This document shows positions 52,979 through 64,000 of a stretch of 64,000 nucleotides of DNA, piece by piece (position 1 is the first letter of the stretch; each line of letters begins with the position of its first letter). The notes below the pieces were generated by a model. That model had not been told where the DNA came from. It did no database searches and was given only the letters and a program-made list of their open reading frames with translations. The DNA is from Eledone cirrhosa (lineage: Eukaryota), in the NCBI GenBank assembly GCA_964016885.1, contig OZ024744.1, positions 55,118,001-55,182,000 of the forward strand, read 5' to 3'. Both the position numbers and the translations under genes were made by a program.

Positions 52979-53350
52979 AATGAAATTTTACGAATCAATT
53001 CTGTAAAAAGAGTCTTAAATTAAAAAAGCCTCCTTGTCCCGTCTAAGGCTATCCAGCTTCCTTGCTGCTGCTTTCAGTTAAGCACACGAGAGCTACATTC
53101 CCTTTTCGTCGCCGCCCATAGTAGCGGAGTGAAGATATTGTCTTTGAATTTAAAAAAAAAGTAAAAATAATTTTTCGAGAATATCTACTTAAATGAACGA
53201 AAAAAAATACATTTTCAATTATTGGATTCATTTAAGATTATCATGTTTGTTGTTGAAACACCTAATCCGTTAAATATTCTCATTAACTGGAGGAAAAAAA
53301 ACGAGTGGCCCACTAGCGCAGCCTTAAACATAACTGTAACAATGATGATT
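52979..53350 (-). promoter_or_regulatory. Probable ARID4 5' UTR / proximal promoter, with a short uORF at 53093-53119
   Basis: Unique CpG-containing sequence directly upstream of the candidate ATG; no TE similarity noticed. Confidence 0.45.
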
Positions 53351-53649
53351 GCAAAGTGAGGGACGAGTTAGAGTTAAGTGTGAGTGGAATGTTTCGAGTG
53401 TAGGTATACAAAAGAGGTGGAGCAATTCATGTAAACTTACATTCGAAGGTCTGTTCTAAATATGACGAAGGAAACCAAAAAAAAAAACGCACGACTGTCA
53501 AATTCTTTAATCTATGGCCTGTCTAGTGAATGTAATCAACTTTCTATTTATTAAGCTATATTAGGGTTTTTATGTAATTTAATAACCGATAAACATATGT
53601 AAACAAAACAAGTCGAAAAGTGTACGCGTATATATGTGTGTATGTCTAT

Positions 53650-53895
53650 TTATTGTACCTCCGTCGGTTCCGACGACGTGTGTTCAAGTTGTTGATTTCA
53701 TCAACGCTACAGCCTGTTTGTGAAATTAACGTGTACCTATCACGTATCTGAGGGAGATTCAATATCAGAAGGTTAACACATTGAATTACAGAAACAATCC
53801 TTTTTCACCAGCTGAGCGAAACGAAGCTCTACCGAGAATCGAACTCACACGCTTACGATCGTGTTTGTGACACACCCTACCTCGAAGCTACGCGC
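53650..53895 (-). mobile_element. Decayed tRNA-derived SINE
   Basis: Minus-strand head GGCGCGTAGC...GAGTTCGATTC (A/B-box-like); body shared with repeats at 28195-28360, 39340-39630 and 41230-41700. Confidence 0.6.
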
Positions 53896-55374
53896 CTACA
53901 GACCCAAGTCGGCCCGGTAATAAAGGTGTTCCAAACGTAAACATCCAACCCGTCTACGATTAATATGGTGAGATTTGGTAATGAAGCTAGCACGTCGAAA
54001 GACCGTGTAAGTGACTCCCTTGTTAGCGTGATATATGTGTATAATGATTGATTTTCTTATAGTTGTGGATCCTTTGATTATAGTACCTCGCAATCCTTCA
54101 TGTGCAGTTTTAATTACAAACGTGACATATGAATGTTTGGTTAGAGGCCAGGTGTAACTCTGCGAGATATGCCTCTTCTCTGAGTTGATATTGTTGAGTG
54201 TGTTTCTTTTCTAACAGTGAGACCACCTAAGGGATGGCAGGTGGTGGTGTCTTCTGCTTTCAAAGGATTGCTGTTGCTTCTATTGAAAGTGGTCCTTCCG
54301 ATGGTCTTTGAACCGCTTTCTTTAGTCCACCATCCTAGTGTTGACTAATAAATCTGGCTTTCAATATAGATGTGTGTGCGTAAAGTACTAAAGAACAGGA
54401 TTTTCCGAACGCTATTCTAAACCATTTTATCACTGCTATTTTCAAATTCCTATTTATCTACATATGATATACACAACAGTTGTGGGAGATACTAATCTTA
54501 TTCATCACTCTTCTTAGTTTTCACGTGTTTGGGGTGAAAGTTCCAATCTTCTCTGCACAGAGTAATAATTGAAATTAAATTAAATATGTTTTCTACGACT
54601 ATAAAATTAATACAGCTATGAACATATGAAAAAACAAACAGTAAAATTGAAAACGATAATAATCACGGGTTTATGTTATTTGAAATAAAACTATGCTGTG
54701 CGCCGACTGAAGACATTGCGAAAGATCCCAGAAGGTGAAGGGTATTTTTCATGTTTAAGATAAGTACATGTAAGTACATGCAAATTGCAAGCAGAATGCA
54801 TTCAGTTAGAATCAACGGTTGCTACTTGGTAGTAGTTTATCCTGGTAATTATAACACACATCGTGGAATTAATGGAATTTTTATCACTTTACTTAAATTA
54901 TTTTACAATTAAAAAGAGAACTATCTAATTAAAATATTACTTATTGTAAATAGCTAAAACACTTAAAATAGACGCTAACTTGTAAATTACTTACTTTAAA
55001 AAACAAAAAAAAAAGTTTAAAAAAAAGATTAAAGTTTTACATATCTCACAAAAAAATAATAAACACTTATACGGAATGACAGCTGCGCGATAAAATAAAC
55101 AGCTAAAAATACAGAGAGTAGAACACAAAAAGCTCATTCATTTGTAAACACCGTACTTTTAAAACTATAAGTTTAACAAACCTCAATTGTTTTACATGTA
55201 GTTGAAGCAATGCGTGTTATTAAATGTTTTGTCTGTAGGTCACATAAAAGAAAGCTAACTGACTCGTTTTGAAATTGGGTAATCACAAATAAAAATCATA
55301 AACTACCCTAGTCTAGTATTTCTCCTTTTAAACATGTGATGAAGAAAAAAAGAAGGGAATAATTGATTAGAAAT

Positions 55375-55540
55375 TATAGACATGGCCGAGCAGGTACGCG
55401 TATGATAATGTCTCATTACTTCCGGTAACAATGCTATATAACAGGAAGTCAGCTGCAAAAGTCCCCGCCTTTTATACTGTCTCGTCTCCTGTAAAAACAC
55501 GCTTTTCGTCTTTCACTTCCATTTCTGTCGTCTTCGCTTT
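55375..55540. promoter_or_regulatory. Promoter-like motif cluster (ETS sites, GC box)
   Basis: ACTTCCGG, CAGGAAGT, CCCCGCC and CACTTCC within ~120 bp of CpG-rich unique sequence. Confidence 0.45.
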
Positions 55541-56929
55541 ATTATTGTCTTTACTTTAATAATATCATATTTTTACTTTCTATATATGTTTATTACATAA
55601 AAGAAGCACTCGTGAAAGTTTTAGTATTGGGGGGGAATTTGGTATATTTTCCGAAGAATTATTTACAATTCTAATATATGATTCGTTCCTGTTCTTGAGC
55701 GCTTCTTCGTAATTACCGTCCATTTCAAATTCAAACAAACGTCATCTAACTTAAACCTAATTTATATAGTGTTTGTTTCAATTTGAAATGCGGGGTGACA
55801 ACGAGGTATGGCCCGTTCTTGATAAGAAATTATAAATTTAAAAAACAAGATTTTAATTTCATCAATAAAATTTGAGGTAATGCCATAGTTTGCGTTCGTA
55901 AAATACAAGAAAATGAAAGACGGTGCAGTGATGAAGACTGTCTGCTGAGAATGCCTTGTCATTTAGGTATAAATGGTATATAAAGCTATTGAAACAACCA
56001 AAAATAAAAATACAGATTTCTACGATATGTTGGCCAGATAAAGAAGAATTTCAGATGTTAAGAAGTATGGGAGTATCTGAGAATCAACGAACAGGTTCGA
56101 AGAATAGTATATATCAGTAAAGAATATATATATATATATAGGCTAAGCAGTAAGCTTTGTTACTCTGGAGTTTCAACTGCGCACTCGCAGGATCATTCGT
56201 CAATAACACAATATATATATATATATATATGCACGCACACACACATTATATATATATATATATATGCACACATACATTATATATATAATGTAGTTTACTG
56301 AAAGTTGTAGCATGTGAGCTTTCATCAACCACTCTTCGTTCCACTTTCTCTTTCTCCTTTCCATTCTTGTATTTTAGGAACTTAAATTATGACATTACTA
56401 ACTTTGACATTTAATTAATCAAAAAGTATATGTAATAATATTAATAAGTGATGGATTTCCCCATTTCGCGGGGGGAGGGGTAAGTGAAGAATTCTGACAT
56501 TCACTTGCTAGAACTTTCAAAATGAGGAGAGGGGGGTTCGAGTTAGAGATTGGATTCATTTCTTGTTTGTTTATGACAAATGAAAAAAGATATATGTAGA
56601 AAGACAAGATGGAGTAGCAGACTAAAACCAGAAAGAAAAGTAGGTACAAAAGGGAACAGAAAGTAATTGAAGAGGTCGCAAAATTTGTGATGAAAGAACT
56701 TTGACGAACTAACCAATAACTAGTAACAGAGATAACGTGAAAGAGTGGAAATCATATGGTGCGTGTGTTTCTATTTATTGGCAATACTGACCATTTAATT
56801 CACATCTTGTAATTAATTTATGGTTGAATTAATTATGATTATGAGTTATCTGTCATAAATCTAAAAATACAAATTTAGTGGTCTTAGTTTACTAAAATTG
56901 TCCATTTTCCTATAGCTTTATATATATAT

Positions 56930-59080
56930 ATGTTTTGCAGTGTGAGGACCAGAAACAGGAGGTGTTCAGGATTGCGAGGCAGTAACATCATTGGAGAGAA
57001 GTGTATCCGGAATGATAAAGGTGAGCTTACCCTCACAAGTGCTGAGAAGAAAGATGCATGGAAGAGCCATTATGAAAGATTACTAAATGAGAAGAACGCA
57101 TGGGCAAAAGAGACCCTACTCCAAGTGGACCCTATAGAGGAGCCAACAGTACAAGTCAGCAGCAGCATAGTAAGTAAGGCATTTAAAGATATGAAGACTG
57201 GGAAGGTAACCGGTCCATCGGGTATAGCTGCCGAGATGCTGAAAGCATCTGGGTCGGTAGGTCACACCATAACCACACGTATTGTTAACCAGGTAATACT
57301 AGAGGGTGTCATACCAAAGGATTGGTGCAGCAGCATCATTGTCAACTGCTACAAAGGTAAAGGTGATGCACTAGATAGAGGAAACTATAGAGGTATAAAG
57401 CTGATGGACCAGGTCATGAAAGTAACAGAAAGAGTTATAGCACAGTTGATTAGGAACCGGGTGAAAATAGATGAGATGCAATTTGGGTTTGTGACAGGAA
57501 AAGGTACCACTGATGCCCTCTTCCTTGTGAGGTAGTTACAGGAAAAGTTCCTAGCTAAAAGTAAGCTACTCTACCTGGCATTTGTTGATCTGGAAAAAGC
57601 CTTTGACAGAGTCCCCCATGCTATAATCTGGTGGGACCTCAGAAAACTAGGAGTAGATGAATGGCTTGTGAAAGCTGTACAAGCCATGTATAGGGGAGCA
57701 GTCAGCAAAGTTAGGGTTAGCAATAAGTATAGCGAGGAATTTAGCATACAGGTCGGTGTACACCAGGGCTCTGTTCTTAGCCCTCTCCTGTTCATTATAG
57801 TATTGCAGGCAATAACGAAGGAGTTTAAGACCGGATGCCCATGGGAACTCCTATATGCGGATGATCTTACACTTATAGCTGAATCTATGGTGGAACTAGA
57901 GAAGAAATTTCAAACATGGAAGCAGGGACTAGAAAGAAAGGGTCTCAAAGTCAACTTGACAAAGACTAAGGTCCTCATAAGTAGACGAGAAAACAGTACC
58001 CAGATCCCTTCAGGCAAATGGCCTTGCTCAGTATGTAGGAAAGGTGTAGGTAGGAATTCCATCTACTGACCCAAATGCAAACAATGGGTACACAAGAGAT
58101 GTAGTGGGATCTCAGGAAGCTTAGCTAAGAATGTAGGCTTCACATGCAGCAGCTGTACTGGGACAGCAAGCAGCAAACAGCCACAGGAAACAAGTACCAC
58201 CAATCTCTGGGAGGGCTCTGTAGAAACAGTAGACAGCTTCTGCTACCTAGGTGACCGAATTAGCAGCGGAGGTGGGTGTTCAGAAAGTACAGTAACTAGG
58301 GTAAGAATGGAATGGAAGAAGTTCAGGGAGCTACTGCTAGCTGCAAAAGGCTTTTCCTTCAAAATGAAAGGCAGACTGTATGATGCGTGCATACAAATAA
58401 TAATGTTACATGGTAGTGAGATCTGGGCGCTGTCTGTAGAAGACTTGCATAGATTAGAAAGAAATGAAGCCTGCATGCTCCGATGGATGTGTAATAGTAA
58501 TATATGCGAACGGTAAAGCATAAATGAATTGAGAGAGAGAGACTGAGCATAAGAGGAATCAAATGCTGTGTGCAGGAGAAGAGGTTGCGTTGGTATGGAC
58601 ATGTGATGCGTAGGTGCTGAGCACTAGGAACACCTGGGATGAGGTGATAAAAGCCGACCTTACCCAATTACACCTCTCAAAGGCAATGACACAGGACCGT
58701 GACCTCCGGCATCACGCAATAATACAGAAGACCCGACTTCCCATGGGTACAAGCCGAAGCTGAAGCATATAGACAATATGCCCCCACCCCTCTCACAGCA
58801 AAGTGGTCGTGTAGGTGCCACAGCAAAAAAGCACCGAGCCCACACTGTAAAATGGATGTGTAGGCATCACAGAAAAAAGCACCCAGCACTCACTGTAAAT
58901 GAGGTTGGTGTTAGGAAGGGCATCCAGCTGTAGAAATGAAGCCAAAATCAGTTCCCGTATGAGCAAGACTGAGCAAGACAAGGTCAGCCAACCAGACACT
59001 GCCCACAACAGTACAACTAGTCTAAGCCATGCTAACGTGGAAGAACAGACGTAAAACGGTGTTGATGATGTTGATGATGA
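56930..59080 (+). mobile_element. RTE-clade LINE, subfamily B, 5'-truncated
   Basis: NYRGIKL, FVDLEKAFDRV, QGSVLSPLLF, LLYADDL, B-type 3' UTR, GAT tail; contains stops and frameshifts. Confidence 0.95.
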
Positions 59081-59089
59081 TATAAAACT

Positions 59090-59225
59090 ATAAGAAAATC
59101 CAAAGATCCAAAGATCCAAAAAGAAAATCCATAAGAAAATCCAAAGATCCAAAAAGATATTCAAGTGGAAGTGCAACTAGAGTCTGGGTAAAAATCCAGA
59201 ATGGAAATCCAATGTAGGAATCCAA
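59090..59225. repeat. Short irregular AAATCC/AGATCC tandem repeat
   Basis: AAGAAAATCCAAAGATCCAAA repeated. Confidence 0.75.
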
Positions 59226-59547
59226 CGAATTTGAGGGTCCACATAAGTGTATATATATATATCATCATCATCATTGTTTAACGTTTATCTTCCATGCTAG
59301 CATAGGTTCAATGGGTTTGTCCCGTTTAGAGGCAATTTGAGTCGGGTGACCGTGTCTCGCTCATATAGGACTGTTTCTGGCTGGTTTTCTACAGCTGAAT
59401 GCACTTCCTAACACCAACCACATTTACAATGTATGCTGGGTGCTTTTTGCTGTCTCCTATATGACCACTTTACAGTGTGGGTTGGGTGTTCTTGTCATGA
59501 GACTTACACCACCACTTTACAGTGTAGGCTGGATGTTTTGTGGTATC

Positions 59548-62500
59548 AACCACCGTTTTACGTCTCTTTTCCACGCTGGCATGGATTAGATAAGTTGTCC
59601 TATTGTGGGCAATGTTAGGTTAGGTGACCATGTCTTGCTCATACAGGACTGATTCTGGCTTGGTTTCTATAGCTGGATTCCCTTCCTAATGCCAACCTCA
59701 TTTACAGTGAGTACTGGGTGCTTTTTGTCGTGACACCTACACGACCACTTTACAGTGGGCTGGGCACTTTTTGCTCAGTCACCATCACGACCACTTTACA
59801 GTATGGGCTAGGGGCTTCACTGGATGCATTTACTTCAAACTGTCCTCATGGGGGTATATGGAAGGGATGGGGGGCATACTGTATATATGCTTCAGCTTGT
59901 GCCCATGGGAAGTCAGGTCTTCTGTATTAGTACGTATCGCCAGAGATCTCGGTCTTGTGTCATTTCCTTTGAAAGGTGCAATTGGGCATGGTCGGTTTTT
60001 ATCACATCATCCTAAGTCTTCCTGGGTCCCCCTACTGCAAGACTTCCATCGACTTTTAGTACTCTGCACCTTTTTATGCAGCTGTCATTCTTCATATGCA
60101 TCACATGTCCATACCAACATAATCTCCTCACCTGCACACAGCATTTGATTCCTAGTCTTTCTCACAATTCGTTTATGCTTTGCTGTTTGCATATATTACT
60201 ATTACACATCCATCGGAGCATGCAAGCTTTGTTTCTTTCTAATCTACGCAAGTCTTCTGCACACAACGCCCAGGTCTCACTATCATGTAACATTACCGTT
60301 CTTATGTACACATCATACAGTCTGCCTTTCATTTTGAGGGAAAAGCATTTTACAGCTAGCAGTGGTAGTAGCTCCCTGAACTTCTTCTATCCCATTCTTA
60401 CCCTGGTTACTGTACTTTCAGAACACCCACCTCCACTGCTAATTTGGTCACCTAGGTAGCAGAAGCTGTCTACTGTTTCTACTAAGCCCTCCCAGAGTTT
60501 GGTGGTACTTGTTTCCTGTGACCATGTGCTATTTACTGTCCCGTTGCAACTGCTACATGTAAAGCCTACATTCTTAACTAAGCTTCCTGAGATCCTACTA
60601 CATCTCTTGTGTACCCATAGTTTACATTTGGGGCAGATGGAATTCCTACCTACAGACTGAGCAAGGCCATTTCCCTGAAGGGATCTGGGTACTGTTTTCT
60701 CATCTACTTACGGAGACCTTAGTCTTTGTCAGGTTGACGTTGAGACCCCTTCTTTCTAGGCCCTGCTTCCATGTTTGGAATTTCTTCTCTAGTTCTACCA
60801 TAGATTCAGCTATGAATATAAGATCATCTGTGTTCAGAGGTTTCCATGGGCATCCGGTCTTAAAATCCTCCGTTATAGCCTACAATACAATAATAAACAG
60901 GAGATGGCTAAGAACAGAGCCCTAGTGGACACCAACCTGTATGCTAAATTCTTCACTATAGTCATTGTTAATCCTTACTTTGCTGACTGCTTCTCTATAC
61001 ATGGCTTGTACAGCCTTCAGAAGCCATTCATCTACTCCTAGTTTTCTGAGAGCCCACCAGATTATAGTACGGGGGACTCTGTCGAAGGCTTTTTCCAGAT
61101 CAACAAATGCCAGGTAGAGTGGCTTACTTTTAGCTAGGTACTTTTCCTGTAACTCTCACAAGGAAGAGGGCATCAGCGGTGCTTTTGCCTGGTACAAACC
61201 CAAACTGCATCTCATCTAGATTTACCTTCTCCCTAATCAACTGTGCTATGATTTTTTCTGATACTTTCATGATCTGGTTCATCAGTTTTATACCTCTATA
61301 GTTTCCTCTATCTAGTACATTTCCTTTACCCTTGTAGTAATTGACAATCCTTTGGTATGATGCCCTCTAGTATTACTTGGTTAACAATACGTGCGGTTAT
61401 GGTGTGTCCTACCGACCTAGATGTTTTCAGCATCTCGGCAACTACTCAGCAACTTTTATATCTTTAATAACCATACTTATTACACTGTCGCTGACTTGTA
61501 CTGCTGGGCTCTTCTACGCATCTTTCTTCTCAGTACATGTGAGGGCAAATGTACCTTTGTCATTCCAGACACACTTCTCACAAATGATATCACAATTCTC
61601 TCTAACACACTGCCTCGCAACCCCGAACACCTGTTTATGGTCCTCACACTGCAAAACATGCTTGAATTTATTATCCTCTAGCTAAGTATACTTGTTGCCT
61701 AGCTTCCCTCCTGGTCTCTATGTACCCTGCTTCCCCCGTTCTTCGATTCTTTCCATGTCTGTCTCTTGGCCTTAACTGCCTCATCTACCTTATTGTTCCA
61801 CCACCAAGTCACTCTTCAACCACAGATCTTGTTCGTCGCCTTTAGTAGATTATTTCTTAAGAACTCCCAGTGCTCTTCTATATTGAATGTCTCTATCTGT
61901 TCTTCTTTACTCATAAGCGTTAAGTAAAATATCTTTAAATCTGTTACTCAGTGAGGGATCTTTCAGCTTCCAGATTTTTCTTCTCCAGGTTGCCTTCTGT
62001 TTCAAAGTTCCTCTAGTTCTGACAGTGAGGTCGCTGACTACTAGGCTCTGTTGGGAGGTACATTCCTCACCCAGGAAAGCTTTTGTGTTTACAATCATCC
62101 ATCTATCTCGTCCTCTGGTAAGGATAAAATCTATCTGACTAGAATGCTCCCCAGATCTATAGGTGATCAGGTGGTTGTCGGGTTTTTTTAAGTTTATATT
62201 ACATATCGACGTCATTCATGTCACAGAATTCTAGAAGCCTGTAACCTTATTCATTTCTTGTGCCAAACCCGTAGCCTCCATGGACTCTGTAGAAGCCATT
62301 ACTGTTTCCCAACGTGTCTGTTAAAGTCCCCTGCAATGAGTAGGATGTCATTGTCATTCGTTAGAGTGGTAGTGTGCATTAGGGACTCATAAAACTTATC
62401 CTTGAGTTCGTCTGGCAACCCCGATTGGCGTGCGTATGCAGATATAATTGAAGTTATTGTTTTATTCAGGACTAGTCTGAGTTTACTGATTCTCACATTC

Positions 62501-62760
62501 ACCCTGTTCACTGAGATTACCTTATCTACCCATTTGTCAACTAATAGTATACCTACACCGCCCAACCCATTGTCATTTCCCATCAAAAAAATTTGTAGCA
62601 CTGTTTTTTGCCAATGAGGAGCCTAGCAGACTCTCCTCTCCATCTAGTCTCTTGTACACAACATACATCAATTTCCTTTTGCTCTAACATCTCTACAATT
62701 TCTCCTGTTCTTCCTTTCATTGTGCTCACATTGATGGTTCCAATTCAGAATTTTAGGAGT
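59548..62760 (-). mobile_element. RTE-clade LINE, subfamily B, near full length (APE + RT), decayed
   Basis: GTINVST, CCVQETRW, ISAYA, GDFNRHVG, SQIDFIL (APE); RT remnants; B-type 3' UTR at the left end. Confidence 0.95.
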
Positions 62761-64000
62761 TTAATGTCAATGGTGGTGGGGGCGGGGAGTGCTTTCTGTA
62801 TCTGAATTAAGGATTCATATGGTCGCCTGAAACGTGTGGGTTCATATTTATTCAAAGTTGTTACATCATCTTCAGATCATCCATATATAATGATAGACAA
62901 AGATTTCTTGAGAGGAGGATCGTTAAGAAAGATAACTAGTAGTAGGCTTTGCTGCTGTGGGTGATGGATGAAGGTATGTTGTGGTTTGATTGTCAGTGAG
63001 TCTATGGTGGTGTGTAGGGTGGGTGGGATTGAAAATGTGAGATAAGTAAGTATATGTACGTATTAGTCTCTAGGAGAATCGAGAATTGTAGGGATAAATA
63101 CATTGAGCTCTGAGAAAATCTAGAAGTCTCTCTGTCTATGGACAGCTAATATAGATGAACTATACATACATTATAGATGGAATAAAATATACTGACTTGC
63201 TTCATTGCTTGAAGAATGAATGTAGAGGGAGAGTCCGCATGGTGATCGAGGTGAATAGAAAATAGAAAAACAATATATGTGTGTGTGTGTATGGAAAAGG
63301 CAAACAGAAATAACAAAGCAAACAACACAGTACAATGAAGAAATATGTTATTAGTTTTACACTTGATATAGTAAGAAAAGATTCTTAATGGTTTGGACGC
63401 GTGGCTCATGGCTATGCTGGGGCATCACATTCAAAGTATTTAGTCAATGATACTGACTGTAGTGTTTATTTATTTTCAAACTCTGGTACTTATTTTATCA
63501 ATCCCTATTTGTCGAACCACATGACAGAATATAAAAAAAAACAGTAAACCTACACACATATACATAAACCACAAGCTTCTACTCAGTTTCTATCTACCAA
63601 ATTTCACTCACAATTCATTGTTATAGTAAATTCCAAGGTTAAAGAACAGACATGGACAACCTTTTTCACGCAGTGGGTCACATAGGATGTGGCTCATCAT
63701 AAGGCAGCCCGCACAACTAAAAAATTCAAGGACATTTTGAAATGAGGCGTGCCATTCAAAAAGCCAAACAGCTATAAAAGAAGACACTTGCCCAAGGTAG
63801 TCAGACTGAATCTAAAACTAAATGGTCATAAAGCCAACTCCATACAGCCATGCCTCTATATTTTGGATAAAATTTCATAAACATGTTACTGAAGAAAAAC
63901 ATAATCACTTAATCCTTTTAATATGTTACCACCTGAAAACTCCCATTGTTCTATACAACCATGTTCTAAACACCAACTTAATAATGAGAAAGTTAATTAT

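Overview
AT-rich animal genomic DNA. The repeat landscape (RTE LINEs with (GAT)n tails, tRNA-derived CORE- and Meta-type SINEs, many (AT)n microsatellites) suggests an octopus or other cephalopod; this is inference. One protein-coding gene is well supported: the 5' part of an ARID4A/ARID4B orthologue on the minus strand. Six GT-AG exons at 35085-35195, 12949-13014, 7967-8060, 4822-4901, 1993-2087 and 572-796 splice in frame, a candidate ATG-only exon end lies at 52976-52978, and the gene continues off the left edge. A CpG-retaining, LINE-free zone at ~50-56.8 kb probably holds its promoter and possibly a divergent one. The rest is mostly decayed mobile DNA: at least three RTE LINE subfamilies, a CR1-type fragment, SINEs, TTAA-flanked MITEs and a short Helitron. 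No intact autonomous element, tRNA, rRNA or CRISPR array is seen. The most interesting observations are an inverted pair of closely similar LINEs bracketing exons 3-5 (a predicted 240-nt stop-free circRNA), a C4HC3 PHD-type finger inside the RTE ORF, and modular exchange of 3' ends between LINEs and SINEs. Repeat boundaries and similarities were judged by eye and are approximate. Subfamily labels A, B and C are mine.
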